From: Phoronis australis
Lineage: Eukaryota > Animalia > Phoronida
Reading direction: 5' to 3'
NCBI GenBank assembly: GCA_002633005.1
Contig: NMRA01000002.1
Coordinates: 1,212,077 to 1,276,076, forward strand
Length of the DNA stretch: 64,000 nucleotides
Below, one piece after another: positions 23,707-37,600 of the stretch (its first letter is position 1; every line of letters begins with the position of its first letter). Both the position numbers and the translations under genes were made by a program. The notes beneath the pieces were generated by a model. That model was not told the origin of the DNA and did no database searches. It was given only the letters and a program-made list of their open reading frames with translations.

Positions 23707-26700
23707 GAAGTGAACACATTCATAGCGACCTGTAAACTTAAGTAGGGCACAGCGCTGCCAGCATGCCGAGAAGTTCTCGGGGCTGGCGATAACTTTTGTT
23801 TTGAGTGAGAATATATACTGAAAACCAGAAAACATAAGTTTAGATTATACCTGTAAGTACTATTGTGTCCTTTTCATTTACATTGGTCCTTTCCTCTACA
23901 GTCAATCCTATTACCAGATTGTAATTTACTTCATGGTCACGTCGTCAGTTGACAGTAATGTTTTCATACTGTCAACTGAAGGTGAAGCGTATTTAAGACA
24001 AAAAATGGAAGGGTGATAATTATAGTATTGGGAGTGTATTTATATCCAATTTATTATTCACCGAAGTTAACTGTTTGGGTCATAGCCTGTGGACAGTCAC
24101 CAAGGCGTCCTTTCAAGGCTAGCAACAAGCACACCCGTTCACCATCATCATGTACGTGATGTGTACTTTTTTGGTCGCCGACTCCAGCCATTTCCCGTCC
24201 ACTGCAGGTCAAACAATCCCACTCAATGACTCAGTTCTAGCTCAGTCTGCGATTGTCCGAGAATACTCGTCGAATGCAAATGATTACGAGAATTTTGGGG
24301 AAAATAGTCTAAAATCAACAGATGTCCACAATGAATAGTCCCACCAACAAAGCTGACGGGGAATGCGGGACGTGAACTTCTTCTCCAGAGTGACGCGAGC
24401 TTAGTAAATTAGAACACAGGAGAATTTAATCAACCTGAAAATTTATCCAGAATAACCAACAAATCGCAATTTAACCTAAAATGACATTAAAATATCTGCC
24501 TTCCTCTTCAATTCTTTTTTTAAATTAAGTTATCAAAAGCAACACGGCCAAAACAGCATTTACATAATTGATAATTTGTGATAAAATTGTCCGCAAGATC
24601 ACTAAAACACGTGTATCATACAGAAGCATACAAGTAGTGTGTGTATGGGAGAAAAAAAGGCAATCGGAAGCTTGTCGTTAACTTGTTTTTACAAGCTTTT
24701 TGATGATGACGTCAGTGTAACTATAAAAGAGTCGGTGAGTAACCCTAGTCTCCTACACAGACCCTCGAGGTTGGTTGGGGCCTTCACAAGTTATCCGTGA
24801 CGTCATCTTGTGAGGCCCGGGAACCAGGTTATGAGTAACCCGGGAAGGGGAAAGCCGAATGTAATGTTCACGTCAAACAATAGATGGCAGGCATCTCGAC
24901 AAAGAAAACTCGCAGTCAGGTTGTGCTCTGGTGAGAAATGATAAAAATTTGTTATGCGTCGTTTTTCTGTAGCATAGAAGTTAATATGGGGAACGTGAAA
25001 TAGAGCAAACAAATAAAACAATGTTCGTCGGCACATTCGTGTATTCCCAACTTCTCACGGCATGCAATGTGTCCGACGGGCGTTATTCGACGACTGCTCT
25101 TCAGTTCAAAATTAAATTCCAAAATATTTCCTAAATTACTAACTAGCCTGTTATAAAAATCCAAAAAATAACATGATATATCACAAAGTTGGCACCGCCG
25201 AACGCTCGTATTTTGTTAACTAATAAATACGAGAACCGACCTGGGCTATCGCGAAAACTAACGTTCAGTTCTAGGCCTACATTTTGCTTCCCCAAGGCGT
25301 GTTGTAGCACAGACTGAATTTTAATTCTTTCTTATACTATACATAAGCATCGACCATGAATAATATACTGTCAGCTACTATCCTTGGATCAATTAATCTT
25401 AGGACCAAAAACATTTATATGCTTGGTGTTAATTATACTGATTCAAAGGCAAAGATATCCGACTCCGCACGGTGGCTATACTATCCCACCAAATGATGAA
25501 CGTGTGGTTCAGTTCATTGGCCGCGTTATATCCCGAGACGTGACTGACACATTGTTGGTATATACTTGTCCCTATTGTTTGCTGGCCAGACCACACTGTA
25601 CCTGACCTGGTTGGTTTTCAGATGACTATTCTTTTCACCAGTCGAAGTATTCACGAGCCTTTCGTAAACAACCACGTGACCTCTTTAATCCATCCATTCG
25701 AGATAGTGTACGCGTACTGACCGGTACAGTCGTTTTCGTCTTCCATTGATTTACGGCTCGTAAAAAGGACTAATCGATAGTAAGGTAAGATATAACGAAA
25801 TTATACTTTATTCTGATTGCTCTTCCGTCATTGAGCTGGAGATCGAGACATGTTGTTTCGCCGGACCGTGTACTAGACTAATGCTGGTCTGGCTCCATGC
25901 ACTAGCCGGACGCTTGAGGATGTAATTGTGATCACTTAGTCTACACTACATATCCTCATTTGCTTAACGTGAAAACAGAGGCAAAACCAAAACGAGTGTG
26001 TCAGTTCTCTGAAGGTGGGGGTTCACATTAGACCGTTAGATATAGACCCCGGGATACAGTCCACATGCGCCCTACCGAGACCCACCGATTCAGGCTAGAA
26101 GGTAATTTTGTTGAAAAATGCGCTAGATTATGCAAATTCCCAATCAAATAGCGCGACAGAGTAAATCTTGTCACAACATCCATCGCAAAGGACAACTTTT
26201 CAGAATAATACCACCGTGAAGAAATTTTTTTGAAAAAAATATACGCTAAAAATTCATGGCAAGTAGGAGATATTTTTGCTTCTGAGATCTGCTACACAGT
26301 TTTCTATAACAGTATGGTTGCCTCATATAGGTGGTGTCCCGCGTAATCGCAAGCAAATTGCGCAACACGCCCGACCCAGACACATACTATTATAACATAC
26401 AAGTATTCACAAGACTGGCCCGGGTGAAGGATGAATTGTGGTTTTGTTAAATTTCTATAATACTCCAGAACTCATGTACTAGATTAAAGATAATAGCGCC
26501 GGTGCGTTACGAGCAGAAGATAACCTAAAATACAACTTTAGTTTCGCAATAAACATAACTTTCAATACTAGAAATATCTTTTTTCTACCGCTAAAATCCA
26601 AATATATGCGTATTGACAGTGTTAAGGTAAAAGTTTTAAAGTCATTTCAAATATTCTCTTATTAAGCATAATGCAATTATTGTCAAGGGATGATAGATGT

Positions 26701-29700
26701 ACTGAAACACATAACCAAGCATTTTATGCGTGTGCGCAGGCACGCGTGTGTGTTGGAATAGAAGCAATTTTCGTTACAACAAAATCGTCTAACTCTGTTT
26801 CTATGACTTAATTTTGTGGGCTTTTTGCTTTCAACGTTATTTATTTTTCACTATCAAACCAAGTTGAAACATCAATATTCAGGGTCTGGATTTTAACTCG
26901 TTAAAGAAATATACATATTTCAGTGCACCAAAATTCAGGGATTGCGAATTGTTTGATTTGCGTGTAGATGAGCTTTTGTCAAAACAAATAATATTTACGA
27001 GCCAATCATTAAACTGTCGCTCAAACGTCTCATGGTCGTAATAAATAATACTGTGCTTTTCAAAATTGGCGATTTTTATCTAAACACCGCTGTCAACGCC
27101 AGATGCATGAACTTGCCGTTTGTTGTCTACCAACAGGCTCGAAACTATCCTGTTGTTTCTTGAATTATTTTGTAACTTTCGTCTGCGGGACTGCGCGTCA
27201 TCGTGGCCCACTACATTAGTCACTCCTTTGCCTGTCTAGTTTCAAGGTAGTTTTGAGTCGGTAAGGTATTTACCTTGTTGACACGCTGGTTTACTATCCC
27301 AGAAAACTAGGTTCTGGCCAAACACAATAACGTATATAGGTCACATTTCACAATCGTCCTCACGTCACTCATTGGATATAAGGGAAGGGCACGGTGGTGA
27401 CGTTTCATCACTTTTATGGGCGGAAGCTATACTCACAAGTGTTACTGTAGATTTACTGCGTTATCAACAAAAACATTTGCTCGTCAAATCACCGTAATTA
27501 TAATGGGTCGGGGTGAATAAGTCACAAAAGTTAACATGTGGATATATTGCGAAATTGTTCATGCGATGCTCAGCGCTCGGATGTTCATTTATGTTACCGA
27601 GCAACAGAAAGTCATAGAAAACGAGACAAAAGTCCACAAAAAAGGTGCAGACGCACAGTTCACAGACCTGAAGGTGGTACCCCGATTGTTTTAGTCCTCC
27701 CGCTTTTTTGTTTGCAAAAGGTCCACTTTGTCAGAAATTCGAGCCCCCCCCAATATTAAAGGTTGGGTGCGCGCATACGTTTTTCCTGAGGCGCTTTGGG
27801 AACTTAAAAACATGCTCATCCGATCTTGACAATTGTTGCCGAATGAATCGACAACTCAAGTCACAAACTGGCTCGCGATACGTACGTGGACCGCTTTCGA
27901 ATCCGCAAGTTTAGGATCGATCAACCCAAATAAACTCTGAAATGTTTTCTCGAGTCATTGATGGATTCGATGTTCCTGTTAATAACGGAACTAAATATCC
28001 TATCAGGCTAAGGGATACTACAAGTCCAATTTTGAGAGTAAAGGCCTATTTTCGTTTAATTTTAGACAGCAAAACTGGGGGAACGGCATCAAAATGTCTG
28101 TTTCCATACACGCACAAGACAACGAAAATGGCATGAAAATGTATTTCTTTTCAGTAGAATTTTCTAGAATTAGCATACGGTATAAATTCTGAAAGGGACA
28201 CGAAAGTAGTGAATTACGATTAGTCGTTCTCTCTTGCTGTGTCCCATTCAATTCTCGTGATATAACTTTGGTAAGCCGCTGCAACACAGTTACTGCTGAC
28301 CATGTAAACAACGAGAAATTTTGATGTTGTCGCCATTCACGGGGACCTTTCAATAAACGGTTGCGGCATTTATACCCGTATACGGTGTTGCCAAGTACTG
28401 TAAAATTTCGAATAAGAAACCACATGAATACATTTAAGCGTTCATGAACATACTAAATGAATGCACCAAGCTCCAAAAAAGTAGGTCCAGAAAATCGTCT
28501 TTTCCGCATTCACAGTTGTATTGCAGGTTCCGATGAAGTTGCATTACGCGTTTATCCACACGTAAGCAACGAACCTTGGTATCTATTTTGGTTTTCAATG
28601 GCATAAGCGGACGAATGCATTCATCTTTCCATTTAGCGATCTATTTAGCCGCAATCTGTTTAGTCGCGATCTATTTGGCAATGACAATTGTAAATACTGA
28701 GATGCTTTATGTTGCTGAATAAACACAAATCTTCTTGGTTCAAAACTAGGCTCTGCTTGCCGTGTAAAAATGTGCTGCGAAATCTCGATCTGTTACTGCA
28801 CCCAACGTTCCTGGAAAACGTGCGTCGATCTACGAATGTCGACGCTCCTGATTATTTTGTCCTGATACGCAGGGGTGAGTTAGAGGGGGCCAGGGCGCAG
28901 GAATAACCAGAATTTCGCTACACGCACGCCTAAAATGTAGAGGTGCATGCAGGTTCTCGAACTTTTGGGTTTGCGGACCTTAAATTACTAAAAAAAGAAA
29001 AGGTAAACAGGGTTTGTTCAAGACCTGTGCGTTGTGCATTTGCCCCCCCCGAGTCCCCTGGGTGCGCGCGTATGCTAGTCAGCAATTTGCACCCCAAACT
29101 GCAAAATGGTATCTGGGAGAATTTTAGGGGGGGGCATGGCCCCCTTGGCCCCTCCCTAAATTCGCCATGGAATTGTACTCGTTAAGTTTGTGCTTTACGT
29201 GAGGCACTTGAGTTTGTGCAAGTAGTAACATTGTTGCGTTAGCAAACAATTGAATGAGCAGATGAGCAGTAATAAACGGTTGTCACTTATGCACTATGTG
29301 TCCAAAATGCTCCTGCGTTCAAAACGGAGTTAAAAGCATGATCGCTAGGTCAAACTGCCCGAACGCCGCATGTGGATTGAATTACCAGCACTACAACACT
29401 GAACTGTGCCACCATCAGTAAAATCCGGTTCGTTAACTCTACCAGCACACAACATCGAAGTCAGTCAATCTGGAGTTCCGGCACCCACCCGCGACTCATG
29501 GTGTATTTTCTGTTTTATTCAGTGACGGTGAACTCGGAATTTTAAACCCCCAGAAGACTGGGAGAGTTGGATTTATGACTGGAAACTTGAACGAGTAAAG
29601 ATGGCGATTAGCGGCTGCTAAATCGTCTCTCGTTCTGCAACTGCTAGGTACTGGATACTGAATACAGAAAGATAGTGGTCGCTGCGCAAACAAAGGTCTG

Positions 29701-31686
29701 TGTGAGTGGAACAAAGAGGTTATCGGGAGTTGCTGGGTTATGTAACTCTACTGTGCTAATTACTTCCTCAAATTTTAATCATTTTAAAACTTGTTTGAAT
29801 AGTTATTGCCCTGCTCAAGAGAGTAAGCTTCAAGTATACAGTGTTGAGGCTACTGTTTAGCTGTTGACTCGTAGGGTCATTGCTGTGGTATAGGTAAATG
29901 ATACTATATCATTGAGAACAGGTCAAATAAACAAAAACAGACGCATGAGTGCTAAATGCGAAGAAATATGTGTAGAGGAAAGAGGATAGAATGTGTACCG
30001 TACGCACAGAGAGCGAATCGACTTGCCAGACTAAGAATTCAACTCATGGTGATTTATGTAGATCTTACTTGACCGAGTGAGAAACAACTCAATTCGTAAA
30101 AAATAACCAGTCGATGTGGAGTCAGCTTAGAAAACCAGCGTGTTCGGTACGTATTGACCAGACTTATCAGCCACAGTCGTCCGCCTGTGTAGGCTACTCG
30201 GAAAACAACGGCTATGAGATGCCTCCTGAGATATTTTAGCCGGCAGTTTACTGTGGAACTTACGGAACACAGCTGCGAGAATAACATATGTAAGCACTCT
30301 GACTAGCTCGTAAAGCGACAAGTGTTAGATGGTTTCTGGTTGGTGCTTTGTAACGTCTATTATAACAAGCTCTCGAGAGTGTTTGAAGAAAACTTTCCGT
30401 TGGCCTACTGAGGACGCAATGTACCGTGTGGTAGGCCTATACTTGTTTGCTCTGCGACAGACGCGTCGTACACTGTCATGTATTGTTTTCAAATAAACCA
30501 TAGAGGGCGAACAGCACTCCCACAAACCCGTTAGAAAAACAAGTGACATAGGTTTGTACGCAAACGACGCATGATTACTCTGCGTCGTTTGGTGATGTCT
30601 TTCTCTGGCCAAGGAAATGCTTAAAACCTATCCGAAGATGTGATTAAAACTGTTATGAAGTACCTTTCTATAAGTGTATTGAGACAAATATCCCAAAAAG
30701 CATAGACATTATTCATTAAAAGTACATGTTTTTGAAAGAATAAAGCCCATAGAATTTAACTTCTAACTCTGTACCAATCTGTCATTAATTGGGTCACGTG
30801 ACCGTGTTTTTAGTATAATGTAGCAAAGAAGAAAGGTATATTCACAGCAAAGCACCGGTGTCATTAACAATACCAAAATTCGATCAGTTTAAACATTAAA
30901 GATGAAATCTCAAAAATGCCGTTACCGTTTTCATTTCATGCAAATTTTGAGATTTCCTAAAAATCCTAAGAGTCCTATTTTTGTTGGCCCATCATGCAGA
31001 CGTGGAATGTTTATTTTAAAAACGAACCCTAATACTATTTTGGAATCTAGTGAATGAAACATGGCATCTGAAACCTTTACATTAATCCGATAAGCTGCTT
31101 CTGAAATATGATGATACGAAATTAACCAAATTTGGCCATTCTAAGGTCCTTGCATAACCTTAAAGGTGTCTGTCAAAGAAAAGCGAGATTTGAAATTTTA
31201 CTTGTAAGGGAAGCAGGTACTAAAAGCATAAACAGTTGGTTCTGATGACCGAAATTAAAAGATTATATAGTTTTCCAACTGAAAAAAACGGATGGGGCAA
31301 CATGTGGAGATAACTCTGGCCAAGATATCAATACACGCTTGTGTTGGCTTTCGAAGAAATATTTAAATTTCTATATAGCCACATGTAGGCGAGAAAGATC
31401 GATGCTGCTCAATGCTTTTGTCGATTTATTGTATACATGAAATCAGCAGGACTGTGTAGCAGTGAAGATGTTGTAGAAACAAGTTTACCAAGAATTGCGT
31501 CCCTATATAAACCGTATGGAAACGTCATAGACTTTGCCTAGATTCATACTTTTAAACACCGTTGACTTTTCACTCGATTTCTGTCGTGGACTTTAGTAGA
31601 CTTTCAAATTTCTAGTTCACCTATTTGCATGTATCCACCTTTACTTACTATGTTTTCATTTCTTTCAGTGAAAATTCAGCAAAATT

Positions 31687-34600
31687 ATGGGTTGGTTTTC
31701 CCAGCTCGGATTATTGCTGAAGAAAAACGTCATACAGAGGCTTCGACATCCGGTAAGAAAAATGTGTTGATTGTAATTCCACCCGAAACGTGCATCATAC
31801 TTAGTTGGCGGTTTGAGTTACCTCAAAAGTGCTGGAGTTTTCGCTACTATTTTTGCAGCTTGACCACTTAGTTCAAAGCATAATCATAGGCAGGAAAAGA
31901 AATCTTAATACATCTTTGCATTTATCAATTGATTAGTGAGTGAGCTTTTTGCGACGAAGGTAGTGAGAAAAAAATAACTGCTGGCGAAAATGACCTGGGG
32001 GGGCGCGCAAAATAATTTAACTTCCCTAAAACTTCACCATCCTCGTGCACCCAAACCTCAGGTTCCCCCTATCGTCACAGACATTACGCCATCCCCCCAA
32101 CCTCCAATAGGTGTTCTGTTCGGGACGGCTGATCCCGAGGAGACATCCACCAGAAACTGGCGTTTCGACAAAATTTGACGAGAAATGTGACTTTTTACAC
32201 CTGAAGACGTTACGCGCGTTACGCGTTTAGGGTGCGAATTTGATCATTAGGTGAGCATTTTTAAAGGAGATTCACTTTCTAAGGTGCCAAAAGATGTGCT
32301 GTCAAAATCAACCTCCAGGGGCATAAAGATAACATAAGAAACTCCTACCACATCCGGTGAAGACACGTTGGCATCAATACCATCACCTTGGAATTGAGTA
32401 GACGGAACATCGTTTCGAACACTTCGGTAAAAGTTTCTTCAATATCGGAGAAAGAAATTCAGCCCTAAGGCTAAGATTTTCTTTGTTATGGTCCAGTTTG
32501 GAGAAGTTCACGTTGTCAGCGAGGGCCATGCTTTGAAAATACACTTTGAAAGAATGCGGGTCCGGGGTCCTTGGTGTATTGCCTTGGGTTTTTTTTCAGA
32601 ACTCCTTTGTCGAAACACGAGTACCCGAGTTACTGGAGGGTGTCCCGAATTTCACTTACATAACTCAAAAGTCACCGAAATACCTATTTCTTAGGGTTAT
32701 TTCAGAGTCAGACTGGCAAAATTATCTTTTGCACTTTGCTGTTTAGGGGTCGGATGATAAGATATTTTACCGAGTTTCACTAGGCATCTAAGAACACTGA
32801 AGCATCATTGGTCTTTTACAAGATTAGCTTTTAATTGTCAATAACTGGTCTATGAATCAGTACATTTTTCTAAATACGTAAACATGTAAATCAGAAACCA
32901 ATGCACCCTTGCAGGTTACCAGACAAAAATAACACCAACCTATTATGCCGTCACTTGGCAACACAAAATACAAACTAAAGACACTCACAGTCATTCTTTT
33001 GCGTTAATTGCAAATTTTTGATTAATTGCGAACGTTTTTTTAAATCCATAATTAACTATAGAATTTTTAATAGGCGTTTGCCGAAGGCGTTTGATAAATG
33101 GGCGAGCCTAGGGGACGAGGCTTCCAATATGAGGTTTGGGAGCCTTCCCGCGGACGAGTATGGTAGACGGGGCTTCCCATGGGAGGTTTGGGGGCCTTCC
33201 CTTGGCTTCGCATGAAAGACGAAGCATCCCATAGGAGGTTTGGGAGGCTTTCCTCCGGGAGAGCATGGGAGACGGAGCATCATATGCAAGATTTAGTGCC
33301 ATTCCCCCAAGAAATTTTCGGAATTTATTCGTGTTCACGTGAATACTAAATTATTCCAGTGTAGCCTGTAACAGTTCATGAATTTGACTTCCACTCAAAA
33401 GTCACAGAAATCTTTATTTACGATTGCCTGTATACATGATTTGAGCACCTTAATCCGTTAGACATGTACACTGTACACGGTCAACAAAAATTCGACACAG
33501 TCTGATCGACACGTGCCAGTTTCCTACGAACAACTTCTTCGTCAACGATCAGTTGTCAAAAGCGATCTTCAAAAGAAATGTTCTTGGAATTCTTGGGAAA
33601 ACATCGATCGTTACAAACCCGTCGGGAATATTACGTTTGTGTAATTCACAAATAGTCGTCGTCAAGTTCTTCAAACTTCAATCATCAGACTGCTGTCAAT
33701 GCACCAGCACGAAGCAGGGACATAACAGAGTGCTTACGCTACATGTACGTTTATGCTCGCGTTTTAGAAACGCGAACGCAAATGTGCGAGTAACCTGAGA
33801 ACACAGGTTTACGATCGCGTGTGATTTGTATTCCATTTTTTTTTCGTCTGCATGTTCGCTACGACCGCGGTGACGCCATTATATTCTGTTCCCGGTGAAA
33901 ACCATCAATGTCTCGGGTATAAAAATTCTAAGAAATCATATCAAGAGTGATTTTGGGCAAAATAGCAGAATACACCTTTCACAAACTCTCGGTTATTCTT
34001 GTTTGCTTTGAATATTTCTACTGAATCAAAACTTTCGTCTCGTTTGCTTTATGAAATATTTGGAAATTGAATAGTTTTGGCACGAAACACGAGTAGTAGC
34101 CTACTTTTCCTGTCACCAATAACCACCTGACTACTGTGACTTTTCTGAAAAAAATCAGCAACGCGTCGAGGGTCAAAGATCATATTTCAAATGTTCAACC
34201 GATTAGGACACTGAGCTCCACCATCTCCTGGAGGGCTTAACTTTCGAAAAATTATGAAGTTGCATAGATTAACGATCTTTTACGATAAATCGACAATTAG
34301 ATACCCACAATTAAAACCCACGTTGTGCACTTTCGCAAGATCAGCTGGCTGTCTCCACGTTCTCACCGTCTGTGTGACAAAACAACGCGAAAGTGAAGGT
34401 CAACATCGTAACGCTGTAAGCAAAGATCGAATTCCGACTTCACGTATAGCCTAAGCTGTATCGTATTCACGACCGCACGCCGGCCGCACGTACGTTTGTA
34501 CGTTACACAATTTTATTGGTTCGATATTTCAAAAAGGAATTTTTAGATTTTGTCCGTACTTTGTACCGAGGGCGGGGGGGGGGGGTTTCTTACGCCTGTG

Positions 34601-37600
34601 CCGGAGGCCGCGGTTTCACTTGGCGGCCCTACACTCTTGTGATCTTAAATAATAGTTGCTGAGAATGTTCTAAATTGTGGTGAGGTAATGCATTAGACCT
34701 CGATTCGATAGACCCGCTCAGGGGCGGATGCAGGATTTTGAGTTAGAAGGGCCAGGACAGAGTTTTGGCTAGGATTTTGCCCGTCAGGCATTTGCACCCC
34801 CGAAATGCCACATGGAATCAGGGAGAATTTTAGGGGGTTGGGGGGCATGGCCCTCTTCGCTGCCCCCCCTTCTCTCCCCTAAATCCGCCACTGCCGCTGC
34901 ATCGAAGATAAAGAAATAGGCTGCTGGTAACCGTTTCAACTCTCGAAAAATGCTACAAGTATAGGACGTATACACAAAAACAAATGAGTTTTTTCGTTTA
35001 GGCAAACAGCCATTCATGTGAGATTCATTCCTTTCGCGATTCAAAGTCCTCATTCTGTTTTGCATGGAAGCGCACGTGCCTAAACTTTTCTGCATGCGCT
35101 TGTCATAAATTGTGTGTTTTTGTGTACGTTTTGTCCATACCGGGCACTTCATAAATACTTTAGATAATTGTTAGTGTTAGATTAAGTACAGGTCAACGTC
35201 TGTTTGTAAGTAATAAATCTAGTTTCATTCGATTATTTCTTTTAAAAATTCGCTCTTCAGTTTCTCTCTAATGTGATGTATGAGCATAGGTGCAAAATAT
35301 AGACCCATGAACATATAAATGCGCACAATGATGGAAAAGTGCGTCATAATTTGAATTACATGCACCATTTTGTTGACAAAGCCACTCATCTCGGTTGCTT
35401 TTCTCTCTCTCTCTCTAGGTTCTCCTCATATTTGAAGTGATCTGGCCGATAGCCATCTTTTTGGCGGTAGCGATAGTTCGACAAGGGGCTGGTCCCCAAC
35501 AAAAGCAAGAATGTAAGTCATCAATTTCATTGTCATCTGCAGGGGCATGAATCGACTCTTTCGAGTTAACCACTCTGAGTTGAACTTCGACTTGTTTTGT
35601 AACTTGTTCAATGAAAAAGAAAAAAGTCGCCATGTGAACATGTCAAATAAAACAAGTTTGTAAGCAGATTTCGACTGTTATCTTGACGAAACTGCTCTGG
35701 CTATCGACAAGAAACGATTCTTGAAAGCTCAAAAAGTAAACAAATCTGTTAATTAAACTACAGATCAACTTCTAACAGAAACGACTACAACAAACATATG
35801 ACGTCATCGTAAAGCTTGAGGATTACATAGCACATTCATATGTAACGAAAATGAATTCTAAGAAAAAAGACCATAACAATGAATTTTCAAGTTTTAACTT
35901 AGAAGCTGTAAAAAATCTTCACATTTGTATTTTATGAGATAATTTTAGATTTAATATTTGGCATGATGAATAGTGCTGTGATATATTTCCCTTATTTTCT
36001 GCCATGTTTTGAGAAATTTCGATGTTTCTATGTCTCTGGCTAAAAAGAATGCCATGGAATCTGAAATTCTAGAACGTCTTAAAGAATCTCGATAGCACTT
36101 ACTTCATTTGGTAGTAAGCCTGTCCCTTCACCTGGCTTTTAAAGCTTTAGGAGTGCCCCCGAATGAACAAACACACAGTAAATTTATACAACCTATTGCT
36201 ATTTGACATGTGACCTACATTTGCTGTGCGTATACTGTTTTTTTAATCTTGGGATCGGCTCGTTTATTTTTCCATTGTCACGGAACATTACGGTTTGAAT
36301 TTGCCATCGTATACCTCAGTAGGGATACTTCTGGCTTTCTACGAATTTCTTTGTTGCTCCTCAAACCATGTGTACTTTTTAATAGCGTCAGTTAGGGAAC
36401 AGTATAGGTTTTACGGGCGAAAATGTATTTTTGACCGGTTGCATGAAAAAGGCACTAGTAGGAACTCAACTCAGTTCCCTAAATATTTTGGTATTTGTTT
36501 CGTTCTTTACTCACAGACGTAAATACTTTTTGATCATTTTATCTTTAGTATGAATTCCTCTTTTGACTAATGGCATTTTCTAATAGTGTAGCTAAAAATT
36601 TAACCCTTAATTCAATGAAAATAACTAGGAACTTAGTTCTTTTAAAAATTTAAAAATTAAGGACCTTGCATGAAAATATCCCTATATATTTTGAATTATA
36701 TTAAGAAGTTAACGTAGAATTCACTCTCGACTTGCATCAAACCAAAAAATGACATGTTAACGATACTCAAACAGCATGAGAAAGGACAACCAGTGTTTTC
36801 GTAAGCCCACAAATATGCAGTGGATTTAGGGAACTCAGTTGAGCACACATTTGGAACTGTTTCATGCAACCGGGCACTTGAAGCTTTCAGCTTTGACCAG
36901 GGCTTTATTAAAATCCATAGCGGTTTAGTGATTTTCTTACAAATCGCCAATTCTCGTCGTTGTCTCTGCCAGTTATTCGCTCAAATCAAGACCGGTTACT
37001 TACTAACTGAATACGCGTAGAATATTGAGCTACTTTACCGACTCGAGTTTAGCTGCACTAGTGTAGCGTTTGATTTCAACCACAGGTTTTGTGCTTGGCT
37101 GGTCTCAGAAAATCAATTTTCTTGTAGAAACTTAAAACGGTAAACTGTACATACAAGAATGAGAGAAGTATCGTACAGTTCTTCGTATTGTAATGCGCGA
37201 CCTTCATGCGTAAATTTAGGACGAAACCGTGTTGTCGAATACCTGATCGGATCAACACGTCAAGGAGTATCCATTTAAATTGTTAAAAGAATAAAATTCG
37301 TGGACTTCGGAAAGGGATATCAGCTCAAAAGTGTTTAGGGGTAATACTACGGTTTCTCGTGCATTTCCGCCAGATTTTAAAGATAATCATATTGTTAACG
37401 AAAACAGTTTCTTAATTTTCCGAGGAGTTCTTTGTTGTGATTTATCTTGTGTTTCACTTCTGTAATTTTTTACATTTTCAGGCGTATACAATGCTCGAGC
37501 AATGCCGAGCGCGGGACTGGTGCCCTTTATACAAACATTTGTGTGCAACATAAACAACCAATGCAAAAATAGGACTGACCAAGTGGTTGCCGGGGCAACT

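Noticed and set aside
31235-31260. CTGATGA..GAAA hammerhead ribozyme core
   Set aside because: No stem II and no convincing stems I/III.
23800-31600. Numerous 60-135-aa ORFs and an exon-like segment at ~25622-25783
   Set aside because: No recognisable domains and stops in all frames of the exon-like segment; probably intergenic DNA, ABCA 5' UTR/regulatory sequence and decayed repeats.
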